Shown here: piece by piece, positions 12,722 to 26,739 of the stretch
Numbering within the stretch: position 1 is the stretch's first letter
How the letters are laid out: each line of letters opens with the position of its first letter
Notes under the pieces: generated by a model
Told to the model about the DNA's origin: nothing
The model's input: only the letters and a program-made list of their open reading frames with translations
Databases searched by the model: none
DNA from: Podarcis gaigeae
Lineage: Eukaryota
NCBI GenBank assembly: GCA_964106915.2
Contig: OZ066914.1
Direction: 5' to 3' (one strand)
Length of the DNA: 64,000 bases
Program-made: the position numbers and the translations under genes

Positions 12722-12845
12722 TAAGGTTACCAGATTTTTTTCCAATGAATCCGGGGACACTTTTCAACTTCAATGGATTTTGTATGGGGACTGATTTGTA
12801 AATCCGGGGACTGTCCCCAGGAAACGGGGACATCTGATAACCTTA
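12722..12845. mobile_element. hAT MITE
   Basis: TIR TAAGGTTA.CAGAT; perfect 8-bp TSD ATATGGGG. Confidence 0.88.
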
Positions 12846-13498
12846 ATATGGGGGAGCAGAGAAAGGGAAAGTCCTATTGCATAAGCAGAAGTCTTTATGA
12901 AGGGCCTCTGCTGACAGGACACATTAATTGAACCTTGCCCACTGTGTGGACAAAGCCAGGTAACCAGCAAGGCTTGAACTCCCCGCATCCACATCTAATC
13001 TCACACCACAGGTATATTTTCATGTCTCCATAAGAAGTAATGGTTCCACTACTTCCTATGGGGAAGGAAATGGATGCTTCCAGAGTGAAAAGAGGAGAGG
13101 GGGGCTGAAAGCCAGTCCCCATGTTACCCACAAGGACTAGCTTCTGGGCCCTCCCCCAATATGAGTCTGATGGGTCGTTTGAGACCAAGAAAAAAAGAGC
13201 TCCCCAGATAGGCCCTCATACTATCTCAACACAACTTATTCAAGTTTGGATTTTTAAAAAGAAAAATTTGGCAAATTCCGAGATTGAGAAGAAAACTTTT
13301 GAAAGCTCACTCATCTCTAGTCCAGAAGCAACTTGACCCCAAAGCATTAGTGTAGCACATCTCACCGTTAGGAGTTGACCAATGCCAAACTTGTCAAATA
13401 CTTGCTTCCATGGTTCTACATAATTAAATTCTGAATCTAGACAATCAAATATTCACACTTTCAAGAGAAAAAGATCTAGTCTAGTCAAGTGAGCTTAC

Positions 13499-13628
13499 CA
13501 GATGCTGGTCATTGAGAAGGTGCACAACTCTGGAGGTCCAGTCTCCCATAGGAACCAGGTCAGGAGAAGTCCTGTATAATCTTAGCAAGCACAGGGCTGC
13601 ACTCTGCTTCACACTGTCCATGGTGTCT
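13499..13628 (-). CDS. AP2A2: AP2A2 exon 5 ([43 protein letters not shown])
   Basis: Manual translation; AG/GT boundaries; 130 nt. Confidence 0.96.
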
Positions 13629-14628
13629 CTGCAACAGAAAACCAAAGCTGGTCAAGGGCTTCTCAAACACCCAAAATTCTTCAGCGGCAGCTCCTAGAAG
13701 ACAGCAAGGCTGGACCATTAACCTATATACAAGCTCGTACCCATCCACATTCAAAGTTGCACACACTGCAAGCAGTAACATGAGCACCAAAAATACATGG
13801 GAGTACTGCCATCGTGTCAGCTCCGAAAAAAGCCACAGATGCAACAAAGTACACATAACTTTCCAGTTCATGAAACTGTTTCTGTGCGCAGGAACATTTG
13901 TATATGTAGGAAACATGGCAAGGCCACTGATTGTGGGAATGTGTTCTTTAGCCTATGAGGCTGCATATGTTTATACCACATGAGTCTAATGAATGAGATG
14001 CCATATGTAACCTATTTTTGCAGTACAACAGATTATTAAGATCTATATTTTCCAAGGTTAGGCTTTGTATTGTATGAATATAATCTCTGTAGATAAATAC
14101 ATTTTGGCTCCTTCACGCCAAAGAAACATTCATTTGGAAGCATCTGGGTTAAGAAAACACCCCACAACACTTGAAAGGTATATATATAAATGGATGCGAT
14201 GCCAGCACTTAAGCAAGCACTCTCACTTTTCAAAAGGGCTGGTCGTCCGTGAGGGCTGCAGTTGTTTAGCCATCCAGTTGTTTAAATTTGTATCCACAGA
14301 GTAATTCTCAGCCATCATACCATTTTATAAAACAAATTAATATAAAAAGTTGGTTAACACAGATACACATTTCAAATCCATGTGACACCGAAAGCGGTAA
14401 GCAATAAAGCAATAGCACACAAAGGCAGGGGGGCCAAACCAAAAGAGCTTTCAGGAACAAATGAGTCTTCTCTCGTTCCAGAGTGGAATAGGATCTCCTA
14501 TGGATTTCCTTTAGGAGGCTGTTACTCCACATTCAGTCAGCAAATGTTTAGATACTTGGCTGCATCCCAAGAATCAGTTTAATTGCCTTCTTTCTGTCAA
14601 TCCCCTGAAATTCCCACGGAGCACCTAC

Positions 14629-14822
14629 CCAGCTACAAGTATTTTTGGAATTTCTCCAGCAAATGCTTCCGCCATCTCTCTGCTGCCCACATTGGCAATG
14701 CAGTGCAAAGCAAGTCCCATGAAAGTGGGGTTGCGGCTGGCCAAGTCGTTCTTGATTGCGTTATTGATCAGGCGGATCAGCTCGCTGTTTGAATTCACAA
14801 GCACGGAGATGAACAGATAGCC
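14629..14822 (-). CDS. AP2A2: AP2A2 exon 4 ([41 protein letters not shown]...ILVAG)
   Basis: Manual translation; AG/GT boundaries; 194 nt; FMGLALH is the AP2A2-type sequence (AP2A1 has FMCLALH). Confidence 0.96.
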
Positions 14823-15890
14823 CTGGAATTAAGAGAAGAATTAGTAGTGGGCAGCAGGGGATGTGCTTAGTAGGCAACATTGCTTTATAACAAATGGCTC
14901 CTGTGCCATTTATGAGGTAGGTCAGGCTTGGCCTAGGCTGCATTCAGCCTTGGCCAACCCTCTGGGGACTGCATGCCAGGGGTTGACGTTGCCCACCATG
15001 CTCTTGCATATACACCTACAGGGCATGCACACGTACAGGGTCACAGCCCCTGATACTGAATGAGGAGGGAATGCTCTCTCTCTCCCCTCTTGGTCAAATG
15101 ATCGGCTGACCATGGAAACCTGGGATAGGAGAATCTGCATCCTCAACAGGCCTCTAGGATGGAGAGAGATGCTTAAACCACTCCACCCACCCCAGCACCA
15201 CATATGCTTCCTCACTCCTATTTTTGCTGCTACCACCAAAAAACAATGGGTATTTGGGATGCAGGGGCAGATGACTTTGCTTTGGGAGAAGGATCAAGAC
15301 CCTGCACTCGGTGCTGGCCACTCCTGATTGTGAATTATTCAGGCTTCTCAAGAATAATGGTTTAAGGACCTCACCTAAAAGCCAGACATATCACAATGTG
15401 GCCAGTTTTCACTCTAAGTACATACAAATAAAAGCCAAATGTAAATTAATTTGACAGGTGGGGATCCTGCTTAGATGTATGCATTTCAAAACACAGCATT
15501 CAAAAATCATACTGGATGAGATCCAGACATTTCTGGAAAGAGGAAAATTTATGTGTGCAGGGGGATTTCTCTGTAGTGTACATCTCTAGTGCATTAACTA
15601 GAGAAATAAGGAAGCCTAGCTGGTTTATTCATCGCTTATAGTTCACCTTAATCAGCCTCTGCTTGATTTTTTTTTAAGAGGGAAAAGGGAGATGGGTCCC
15701 TAGCATGAATCTCTCTTTCAAACCAGATGCTTATAGGACAATCTGGCTGAAACTCTAAAATAGCCATATATATTTTTAACCATGTACTATACTGTATTAG
15801 AAATATTTTCTCTTATGTTTGAATACCAAGAGATTCCTATTTTCTAATTTAATAAAAGAAATGATTAATGTTGTCTATTAACCCAATCCA

Positions 15891-15918
15891 TAATAATAAT
15901 AATAATAATAATAATAAT
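15891..15918. repeat. (TAA)n microsatellite
   Basis: Direct reading. Confidence 0.95.
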
Positions 15919-16390
15919 TTATTTATACCCCACCTCTGGTTTTATACATTCTGCATCAGCGTCTGCTTGAAGGTTCTCCTGTGCTGCACCTGATATTTTG
16001 CTGATGCACCCCTACATGCCTAGATGCCAAATGTGAAATACATTTCAAGCACTGACAGCTGCCATTTGTGTCCCTTGTGTGTCTGCTGACTGTAATGCAT
16101 CCTTGAATTCTGACAATGCCTCTTACTTGCCTAGATGGAGGGCAGAGAGGAGAGTACACACGTACAGAGACTAGCCCACTGCACAAAGGTGTCATTCACA
16201 TTAGTAGGTCTACCCACTGTTGCCTCTGGCCCTGCTCAACACCAGCATGTGGCCTTCAGAAGGTTGCCCAGAAGGAAACATGGCCCTCAGGGTGAAAAAT
16301 GTCCCCACCCTTGACCCCCAATATTATATGGGAAGTGGGTAGTATATATATATATATCTCAACGCTATGCATGAATGGGATATGACTTAC

Positions 16391-16533
16391 TATTTGCTTC
16401 TCTGTGTATTTGTTTGAACTCAGGAGATTCACAGCCTCCATGTGGCCAAAATCAATATCATGCCCCAGGAGGAAGATGAAAAGCAGCTTGCAGACGTACT
16501 TTTTCTTACTGTAGCCATCAAGGGCTTTATCAC
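16391..16533 (-). CDS. AP2A2: AP2A2 exon 3 ([19 protein letters not shown]...YTEKQI)
   Basis: Within ORF 16256..16573; AG/GT boundaries; 143 nt. Confidence 0.97.
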
Positions 16534-18177
16534 CTAGTGAGCAATTAAAGACAAAATAAAAAGCCGTAAGCAAAAAATGCTGTATGCCAATGCCTGAAGC
16601 TTACTGCATTTTCCATGCCAATTGGCAGAGGTGCCCCAGGGTCTCAGATACGAGTCTCTCTCAGTCTCTGGCTTCTCCAGGTAGAGCTGAACCTGTGACC
16701 TAACATACCAAACATGTGCTCTACCACTGAGGTACAGTCCCTCTCCCACTTTTCAAAATTGGTTATCCATTCAAGGGTTCCCATCCTCAGAAAAGTGCAC
16801 CCAAACAATCTATTACAGTGCCACCTTTACTCATGCCATGCATCAACACATCTCTTCAAATGTAACAGTAAAAGTATCAAACATGGTGCTGGATCAGCCA
16901 GAAGTAGAAATCAGGAGTCTTTGGGGTGACTATTTCTGTATGTCACCCTGAGCCCCATAGAGATGTCATCGCCACACGTTTAAGCTAGGTATTGCAGCAC
17001 TGTGGAAAAGGAGTATGCAAGCTGAACCGACACCTATATCCGATGATTAGGCAACAACAACTGCTGGTGTCTTGTACTCAACTTGATATGTTTAACAGAT
17101 CTTGGGGGGGGGGGGGGGGTTGTCTGCTTAATAGGAAGCACCCAGCGGACTAGACTGGAAAATGCATGTGTGAATCCACCTTCAAAACAGGGGGGAAAGC
17201 AGCATGTCCCATTAGGCAACCTGTGAAACACAAGAGCTAAGGATACGGGCAGCAACAATGCCAGACATCAGCCATGTAGCTCTCCTTACCTTGGGAATAT
17301 AGCTTCAGATACAGTGCAAATTTCTAACAAGCAAAACTGTTACGCAAGACCAGGGTCAGAAATTCAGCTGTGGAGAAATGGGGACACGTTTGCCTCTCGG
17401 CAATTTTTCTTCTTCACGAAGAGACATACAAGAGATTGTTGGCTGCAGTTGGCTGCATGTACAGAGCATCCTTCTGGTTACATAGCTAATATAATTGGTG
17501 AAGTAGTACAGACATGTCAGGGGATGCCTTATGTCCAGGATATCTTTGCTTAGTCTAAATATATATATATCCCCCACCCCCACATAGGCAAGTTCAACTG
17601 CCTCAGTCTCTAGACTACAGCACAGCTACTGCTTTCGAGTCAAGAAATTAGACAGGGTGGAATTGCCTCTACTAATGCAAAATAACACATTTTTTAAGAG
17701 ATAGGCATTAGTGGTCCTTGTTCTGGCATCTTGCTTGTACAGTAAAAAGGCAAACCACGTACAAAGAAAATCTCACTACACATATCCATGCTTTGGATTA
17801 AAGCACATTTTCCTCCAGAACCTCCAGAATTATGAGTTTTGTGACTCAACACAGTGAGTTTCAGAACTGGACGTGAGAGAAAGATAAAGTGGCTAGATAG
17901 AGGCAATGTTTCCTGTTGCTTTAAAATCAGTACAAGAGAAACAGGAAGAAAGAGAATGCAAGTCAGCATTTGTCAGACACAATGACTGGGTCAAAGGAGA
18001 CTTCCTTTTCTTGGAAAGGCTTTTGTTGAACTAGCAATGCTTTTTACTCAACCAAAGCATGACAGAAGTTTGTGGATCCAATTTCTCCAAATCTGATGTA
18101 TTCTGAAGCGTAGCCACTTGCGGAAACAGACACGTAACAAGTAGTGTGGTATTTGTTCAACAGGGGAATATGTCATA

Positions 18178-18214
<37 letters not shown>
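18178..18214. repeat. (TC)n(TA)n microsatellite
   Basis: Direct reading. Confidence 0.95.
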
Positions 18215-19029
18215 GTAATTGAGGATCTTAGTTGACATTTCTAAGCACCTTGATTGACCTTTTATGAGCACTTAGAACAGACAAGAAAGCTGTCAGCGAA
18301 GGCATGCATATTATAAATTGTAAACATGATGAAACTTAACCAAACCTATAAATAAAATTAAGGTTATCTTGTATTTGGACATAGTGCAGAATAAGACCAT
18401 ACCAGGTTAACACATACCAGTAGTTTACTTTAATATACAGAGCTACTGCTGGATTGTTGCTGGGTATAAACAAGCATACTCGTGTTGACAGAGACTTAAG
18501 ACAGTCAGGGGTTCAATTATCTCCAAGAATATCTCCTCCGCTGTGAAACGGTACCTCTCAGTTTGAAACTACCAGTTAGGCTCCACTGAAAACACCACCT
18601 TACACATTGCCCAGGCTGGCCACCATGAAGTAGAAGGACTTTTCTGATGCAGTTTTGGAATGCCTTCCAGCCAGAAACCAGCGTGGGTCTGTCACCCTCC
18701 TACTATTTAATATGTTTATTTATTAAATTTATTTCCTGCTCCTCCTCCAGGGCAGCAGTGGCAAGTTAATAACACAATCTTTTTTCTGTGCCTTTGGAAG
18801 TTGTTGACCTTCCATCCCCTGTTCTGATGCTCAAATATTTACTTACCAGTTTGGTTTCTACAGCTTACTTATTATATAGAACATGCATTTTGGAAATTAT
18901 CTCCAAAGACAAGTTCTGTATCCAAGTCTTCTGTTTAGCATTGTGCATTGAACTAGACTAGGCAGGCACATGAGAGTTACATACCAATGTCACAAAAATT
19001 GTTTTCAGATTTCCAAGTCCTGTTCCCAA

Positions 19030-19403
19030 AAGGTAAAGGACCCCTGACAGTTAAGTCCAGTCGCAGACAACTCTGGGGTTGCGGCACTTATCTCACTTTA
19101 CAGGCCAAGGGAGCCGGTGTTTGTCCTCAGACAGTTTTGCCAGGTCATGTGGCCAGCATGACTAAGTTGCTTCTGGCGCAACGGAACACTGAAACCACAG
19201 CGGTGCACGGAAATGCCGTTTACCTTCCCGGAGTGGTACCTATTTATCTACTTGCACTTTGACGTGCTTTCAAACTGCTAGGTTGGCAGGAGCAGGGACT
19301 GAGCAATGGGAGCTCACCCCGTCACGGGGATTCAAACCGCCGACGTTCTGATTGGCAAGCCCAAGAGGCTCAGTGGTTTAGACTACAGTACCACCTGCGT
19401 CCC
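19030..19403 (-). mobile_element. Sauria (Squam1) SINE
   Basis: GGGACGC.GGTGG head and ACCTTT tail on the - strand; TSD TGTTCCCAA. Confidence 0.88.
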
Positions 19404-21178
19404 TGTTCCCAAGCAGGATGTATAAACTAGCATATCTCATCCAATTAATGAGTTTGTTTTTAGGGATCACAGAAAGGCTTTTTCACTGACCCACTAGCAG
19501 ACATCCATGAAGCCAGGGGTTTTCAACCAGTGTGCTGAGGCACCCTGGGGGTGCCATAGGCAACACTGGACTCTGACCCTAGTTCATTCCCTCACTCCTC
19601 TGATGCCCCCTCACATCTTTGTCTCTTTTGGGCCACTTAGCCTGGGGGCATCCTCTTCCCAGGCCCGAAGGGGGGGAGGCAACTCTCTTGGGTGGGGAGT
19701 GGCTCAGAAACCAGGGACAGTGGCGAAGGCTGCCCAGAGGACTCCCAAGAAGGGGAGAGAGGAGAGGAGGCTGGGGAAACATGAGAGAGTGTGTTTGAAA
19801 AGGGGTGAGGGGCTGCTGGCTCTGCAGACAAGGGGTGACATATCTGGGCTCCTGAGGCTTGGAACGCGTTTCCCCAGAGGGGAGCCACAGAACGAATGTA
19901 GTTGGTCAAGGGAGTTGTGGGCTCAAAAAGGTTGAAAACCTCTGCCTGACTAAGCCAAGCTGGCCTTGTTCTTTACTGACACTGAATAAATTTAGAACTT
20001 TTCAGTGCTCATCCTTTGAGCAGTGTCAGAAGAAAGAAGCAAAAGGCTCTACAATGGGAGGTAAAGTGAAGCCTTGAGGCATATTCTACATTTAGGGCTA
20101 GACATCTAGTCATGAAACAATGACTCTCCTCCCCCCCACCCCCACCCCCACCCCCAATATCCCTCCCCCATGATGAATTTGATCATTACAGTAACTTTCT
20201 CAGGCTCTCAGAATTCAGGGCAGACCGACAGAAATTTGTATTTAAGGCAAAGGAGGTGCAAGGGGAGAGAGGCAGCTTCAGTTGTCGAGAAACTACTACA
20301 GATGGAGATGCAATGTTTAGCCTATGCAAATATGGCTTTTAAAAACCCAAACAAACATTTGAGAATCAAAATACTGAATGACCTGACCACCACAAAACAC
20401 TTCTGCTCTTAAGTTATAAATAACTGTCTGGTGCTCAGTAATACCATTATCCTATAAGAACGGCTTTTAAAAGTTGCACATGAATTCATTTCAAACCAGC
20501 ATCGTTCATGCATGTTAATGTGAGACAGCTTCTGGAGCAGCAAAACCCCTGGAAGCCAAACTACATGCTACATGGAGAAGCATGTAATCTCCCTTTACTG
20601 TGTGTTTTTTAACATGAAGAGCCACTGTAGGATGCTGCTACAGAAAGCAGGTGGTTAGCCAGGTATTTGCTCCTAGCCCTAGCAGGAAAAGGACACAGGG
20701 TGGGGAGGGGAGAGGAGCTGACTGAGTGGGTGGGGAAATAGCCTGAGAGGAAATGGTTAAGAAGCCTTAGCTCTGTTTGCCTTCTGCTCCTGATTTTATA
20801 CACATATGTGACACTCTAAGGCTGCATACACAGCATATTCTCTCCCCTACTTCTCAAAGGATCCTGAAAACTGTGGTTTAAGAGTGCTGGGAATTATAGC
20901 TCTATGTTGGAAAAACTACAGTTCTCAGGATTCTTTAAAGGAAGAATGTGTTTCAGGTGTATGGTATGCACTGCAGCCTAGCTTTTTCCTGAATGGGATG
21001 CAGTAATGGTGTTGTAAGCAAAGAAGGTGATATGCACTGCCATAGTCAGCGATTGTAGACCACTTTGGATATTAGGCATATACCTTTTTAAAAAAACGTA
21101 AACAGTGTTGATGTGACAAGCAAGGGTTTGCGCGCACCTGTATCACAACGAAGCACCAGTCAGAAAACTGGGTGTGGC

Positions 21179-21492
21179 CCTAGGCCAACCCCAACCTCTC
21201 TCACCACCAAAGGAACACAAGTGAATAGCAGAGAACCTGCACATGCGACGCTGACACAAAACCCCACATATATTAAGTATAATAGAAACATTGTCACCTG
21301 AGCCCACCCCCACCCATCTTTTTCCCCCTCCCCTCATTTCCCCCTCTTCTTCCTTATGTCTCAACAAAAGAAACTGATCTGTAAAAAATGTTACTTAGGG
21401 GGGGAAAGAGACAGAGAGAGATAGATAGATAGAGTGAGACATTGCATATACTTTTGTAAACCAAGAAAATCTTTAATAAAAAACATTAAAAA
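21179..21492 (+). mobile_element. Poly(A)-ended retroposed insert (L1-type 3' end)
   Basis: AATAAA plus A-rich tail; 17-bp TSD AGAAAACTGGGTGTGGC at 21162 and 21493. Confidence 0.75.
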
Positions 21493-21619
21493 AGAAAACT
21501 GGGTGTGGCAGTGATAAAATCCTGTGAAACAGCCCCTTGGTCAGACTACAAAGTCAGTAAGTCTGGGAAGTGGCTGCTGTATTTTCCAAGTCTTAGATTT
21601 GTTGTTTACTCACTATTGC

Positions 21620-23640
21620 CTGGAAGCGAAAGGAAAGTCCAACGCTGTAAAGAAAAATATTGCATAGGAACCTGGAATGTAAGAACCATGAACCTGGGTA
21701 AGTTGGAGGTGGTCAAAAATGAGATGGCAAGAATAAATATTGACATCCTGGGCATCAGTGAACTAAAATGGACGGGAATGGGTGAATTCAGTTCGGATGA
21801 CCATCATATCTACTACTGTGGGCAAGAAACCCGTAAAAGAAATGGAGTGGCCCTCATAGTCAACAAAAGAGTGGTGAAGGCTGTACTAGGATGCAATCTC
21901 AAAAATGATAGAATGATCTCGATACGAATCCAAGGCAGACCTTTTAACATCACAGTAATCCAAGTTTATGCACAACTACTGGTGCTGAAGAAACTGAAAT
22001 TGACCAATTCTATGAAGACTTACAACACCTTATAGAAGTGACACCAAAGAAGGATGTTCTTCTCATTATAGGGGATTGGAATGCTAAAGTAGGGAGTCAA
22101 GAGATAAAAGGAACAACTGGCAAGTTTGGCCTTGGAGATCAAAACGAAGCAGGGCAAAGGCTAATAGAGTTCTGTCAAGAGAACAAGCTGGTCATCACAA
22201 ACACGCTTTTCCAACAACACAAGAGACGACTCTACACATGGACATCACCAGATGGGCAGCATCGAAATCAGATTGATTATATTCTCTGCAGCCAAAGATG
22301 AAGAAGCTCTATACAGTCAGCAAAAACAAGACCTGGAGCTGACTGTGGCTCAGATCATCAGCTTCTTATAGCAAAATTCAAGCTTAAACTGAAGAAAGTA
22401 GGAAAAACCACTGGGCCGGTAAGATACAATCTAAGTCAAATCCCTTATGAATACACAGTGGAAGTGAGGAACAGGTTTAAGGATTTAGATTTGGTGGACA
22501 GAGTGCCTGAAGAACTATGGATGGAGGCTCGTAACATTATACAGGAGGCAGCAACGAAAACCATCCCAATGAAAAGGAAATGCAAGAAAGCAAAGTGGCT
22601 ATCCAATGAGGCCTTACAAATAGCGGGGGAGAGAAGGCAAGCAAAATGTGAGGGAGATGGTGAAAGGTACAGGAAATTGAATGCAGATTTCCAAAGAATA
22701 GCAAGGAGAGACAAGAAGACCTTCTTAAACGAGCAATGCAAAGAAATAGAGGAAAGCAATAGAATGGGAAGAACCAGAGATCTGTTCAAGAAAATTGGAG
22801 ATATGAAAGGAACATTTTGTACAAAGATTTCCATAATAAAGGACAAAAGTGGAAAGGACCTAACAGAAGCAGAAGACATCAAGAAGAGGTGGCAAGAATA
22901 CACAGAGGAATTATACCAGAAAGAAATGGATGTCCCGTATACCCCAGGTAGTGTGGTTGCTGACCTTGAGCCAGACAGCCTGGAAAGTGAAGTCAAATGG
23001 GCCTTAGAAAGCACTGCAAATAACAAGGCCAGTGGAAGTGATGGTATTCCAGCTGAACTATTTAAAATTTTAAAAGATGATGTTGTTAAGGTGCTACACT
23101 CAATATGCCAGCAAGTTTGGAAAACTTAGCAGTGGCCAGAAGATTGGAGAAGATCAGTCTACATCCCAATCCCAAAGAAGGGCAGTGCCAAAGAATGCTC
23201 CAACTACCGCACAATTGCACTCATTTCACACGCTAGCAAGGTTATGCTTAAAATTCTACAAGGAAGGCTCAAGCAGTATGCGGACCGAGAACTCCCAGAA
23301 GTGCAAGCTGGATTTAGAAGAGGCAGAGGAACCAGAGACCAAATTGCAAACATGCGCTGGATTATGGAGAAAGCTAGAGAGTTCCAGAAAGACATCTACT
23401 TCTGCTTCATTGACTATGCAAAAGCTTTGACTGTGTCGACCACGGCAAACTATGGCAAGTTCTTAAAGAAATGGGAGTGCCAGATCACCTCATCTGTCTC
23501 CTGAGAAATCTCTATGTGGGACAAGAAGCTACAGTTAGAACTGGATATGGTACAACTGATTGGTTCAAAATTGGGAAAGGAGTACGACAAGGCTGTATTT
23601 TGTCTCCCTGCTTATTTAACTTATTTAACAACAACAACAA
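21620..23640 (+). mobile_element. BovB (RTE) LINE: endonuclease plus N-terminal part of RT, disrupted
   Basis: ORFs with IGTWNVR, GDWNAKVG, NQIDYI, QAGFRRGRGTRDQI and GVRQGCILSP; stops and frameshifts; (CAA)n tail; TSD CACTATTGC at 21611 and 23641. Confidence 0.93.
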
Positions 23641-23907
23641 CACTATTGCTTTAAGGGCATAATTAACATTTTAAAACCAAATACATAAAGGCAACATCTG
23701 TGTTTGCATGGATGAAGTTGCTATATCTAATCCTTCACTTTAGGCAACTTGAGCCCAGTCTTATGGAACTGTTTAATAAAGCTATTTGCAGCAGTACAGG
23801 GCATAGTTTTAAAAGACCTTGTGTTGTCTTGAGTGATCTGCACCAACACAAGGCAAATCACTGATACAAATATACCCAACATCCAGATGATTACAGACAC
23901 TCCAGTG

Positions 23908-24043
23908 CAGTGGTGGCCAAACTTGGCCCTCCAGCTGTTTTGGGACTACAGTTCCCATCATCTCTGACCACTGGTCCTGTTAGCTAGGGATGGTGGTAGT
24001 TGTAGTCCAAAAACAGCTGGAGGGCCAAGTTTGGCCACCACTG
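23908..24043. mobile_element. Palindromic hAT MITE
   Basis: Near-perfect fold-back; TSD CTCCAGTG/CTCTAGTG. Confidence 0.88.
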
Positions 24044-26670
24044 CTCTAGTGGGACCAAAGTGTCTCATAAACAAGTACTGAAATGATTAAAATGTTCATT
24101 CATGCTGTTTGCCATATCCTGTATTAAATGAACACTACTCTCTGTTTTAGAGTATTATGTCAAGTATTACATCAGCACTTAGGTTTAACCGTCTTAGCAG
24201 AAACTGGGAAATGAAATAATGAATTTACATGAGTTTTGAAAGCATTCTAAAATGTCTGAAATAGACATCCCACTATATAATGGTTGAGTATGACATCTGA
24301 ACATGGTACTTAATTGAGGCTTTTAATAATGCTTTTACAAATAATGGTTTAGTGTGATGAGTGAGGCTAGGACTCACAGGATCCCCCTGCAGTATGGCTG
24401 CCCAGAGGATTTTGGAAGTTTTCACTTCTGATTTCCATTAACCACTGTTTATCATGTCATCCGAACCTAAACCATGGCTTGTTTAAAAACATACCAGCAT
24501 TATAACTCATTGTTTGAAGCCAGTTTGTTTTAAACAAGCCAAAGTGAGTCTGCTCAGATGACCTAACTTGCTGTGGTTAAGAAGTAAACTTTGCTTCTGA
24601 TCACTACTCCTTGAAGTTTGGTGTCCTAACCAATTTGACAAGTTATCAAAAAGGTCTCTGCTCTCAGCTGATCTCATAAGGCAAGAATCTAGTCCAGAGA
24701 CATCCAATGCAACGCCCTCCAGATGTTGTTGGATTCCAACTCCCATCAGCCAGAGCTGGCATGATCAGATGTCAGAGATGATGGGAGCTTAAGCCCACAA
24801 CATACAGAGGGAACCACATTAGCTGCACTTGATCGAGGTCATCATTCTTGAAATATTTTATGAAGCAGCACTGTTGAGCACTGCTGACTCCCTTAGAATG
24901 TTTACTTAACCAGGGCCCATCTCTCGACATGCAGGACTTCATCTGCTTATGTGTACAGGGAGTTAGGATGACATATTCTAACAAGCTAGCTCTACGTAAA
25001 CAATCTAAATGACATGATGGAAGAAAGCCAATTAGCCACTAGAAGTGGCAGCAGAATTCCAATATACATTTAATTTGGATGCTGCATATGAACCCCAAAG
25101 GACACACGTTTCCAGTAGTACTGATCAGTACAGCTGTCCATAATTATCCCCAGGTGCACTAGAGTGTATGAGGGTTTTTGAATTCAGCAGGCACGTCTTT
25201 CTGTCCATAAAAGACAGCTCTAAAGGCTGTGGCCAAAACTGCATGTTCAGATCAGACCCTTGTTAATTTCTATATGCATGGTGGCAAAAAAATTGTAATG
25301 CCACTGTTCTACCAATTCAATGCAGATACCCAAGATTTCAAATCCTGGCAGACATCTTCGTTCAGCCCAGGCTGTCAGGAAATGGCTTGTTCACTTCTAA
25401 TGGAGCAGAGATCAGCATTCTTTTATAAGAAGGGCAACACCTAATCCAGCAGATAGTAGCATCTGCACCAGGAGACAAACCATTATCGTCTTTTCCAAGC
25501 AGTGTTTTTAGGAAATGTTTTCTTATCACAGGGCAGTGAAGACACTGCACCACATGGCCTATCTTCTACAAAAAAACACACAGCAAGACTGGGTTGCATT
25601 ACTGCTGTGTCATTTATTACACTGGAGTTTGTTTTTAATAATTGGCATTGCTGGTTTTTTAAGGCTTCATTGTGAGCCGCTTTGGACAGCGTTTAGCTGC
25701 AGAAGCAGGTAAAAGCATGTAATTTTTTAAAAGTGCAAAATACACCTCCAAACTTACTGAAAGAAAATGGTGGGTTGCACTGGACAGTGTTCAAAAAGCC
25801 AGAAGACGTTTCTATAAATCACTATGGATAGAAATCAATGGACCACAGAACACAGAATATGCTGCAACAACCAGCAGTTAAATAGAAAGAAATACATATT
25901 TAACTTTTTTTTTTTTTGGCTTCATGATGAGATCTGAAGGTTTTGTTTATTGGGCAGAAAAGTAACACAGGAGTGTTTAACTGGAGGCAAGTTGAACTCT
26001 CAGCAGGAAGTAAGTAATAATCAACTACTTTGGGATTACAAAACAGTTTACCATATTTAACTCACATGCTTCTGACTATTGAGAATCATTACTCTGAACC
26101 TTTCTATTCAAGCCCCATAGTAACTGAGGTAAGAGATATCTGCAGGGCCTGCACAGATGTCCAGTAACACAAGCCTATGGAGGATTCATCTGCACATCTC
26201 CGTGTAAACAGTTAGGAAAGCTTATTACACTTTCAAGCTAGAGGTATTAAAAAGAATTCCTGTATGTTTTAGTTGCCCTAAACTTGCTTGTTTACTTATT
26301 TACAAGGTTGTAGTCAACTGCTCAGCACATGGACAACACCATGTTCTTCAGTAATAAAGCCACAGTTCTGTTTTGAATCCAGTAAGACCATTGCGTGCCT
26401 TTATCTTGAACAATACTCATAGTTCGGCAACCACCAGAAACTATCTGAACCACATTTCCTGGTCAAAAAACTGTTTGATCAGAGGGGGTAGCAGGATAGA
26501 AGACTAGATCACCCTTGTGATCCCTTCCAACTTGATAATTCTATATGCCTATGAGTCTGTGAGTCTGGACCCTTGTTCTTCATTTGTTTGTGCTCTTCTA
26601 TCATTTTATTCATGAAAATAAATTCTTGTTTTGAACAGATATCACTGCAACAATGTACCAGTTAACTTAC

Positions 26671-26739
26671 CTTTAAACTTTGACCGAATGTTTGCCAATT
26701 CTTTGTTTATTCTTTTTATCTCAGCTTCTTTGCTTTTAC
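26671..26739 (-). CDS. AP2A2: AP2A2 exon 2 ([23 protein letters not shown])
   Basis: cag acceptor and GTAAG donor; 69 nt; continues exon 1 in frame. Confidence 0.96.

Noticed and set aside
22445-23026. 193-aa ORF on the - strand
   Set aside because: Antisense shadow of the BovB ORF
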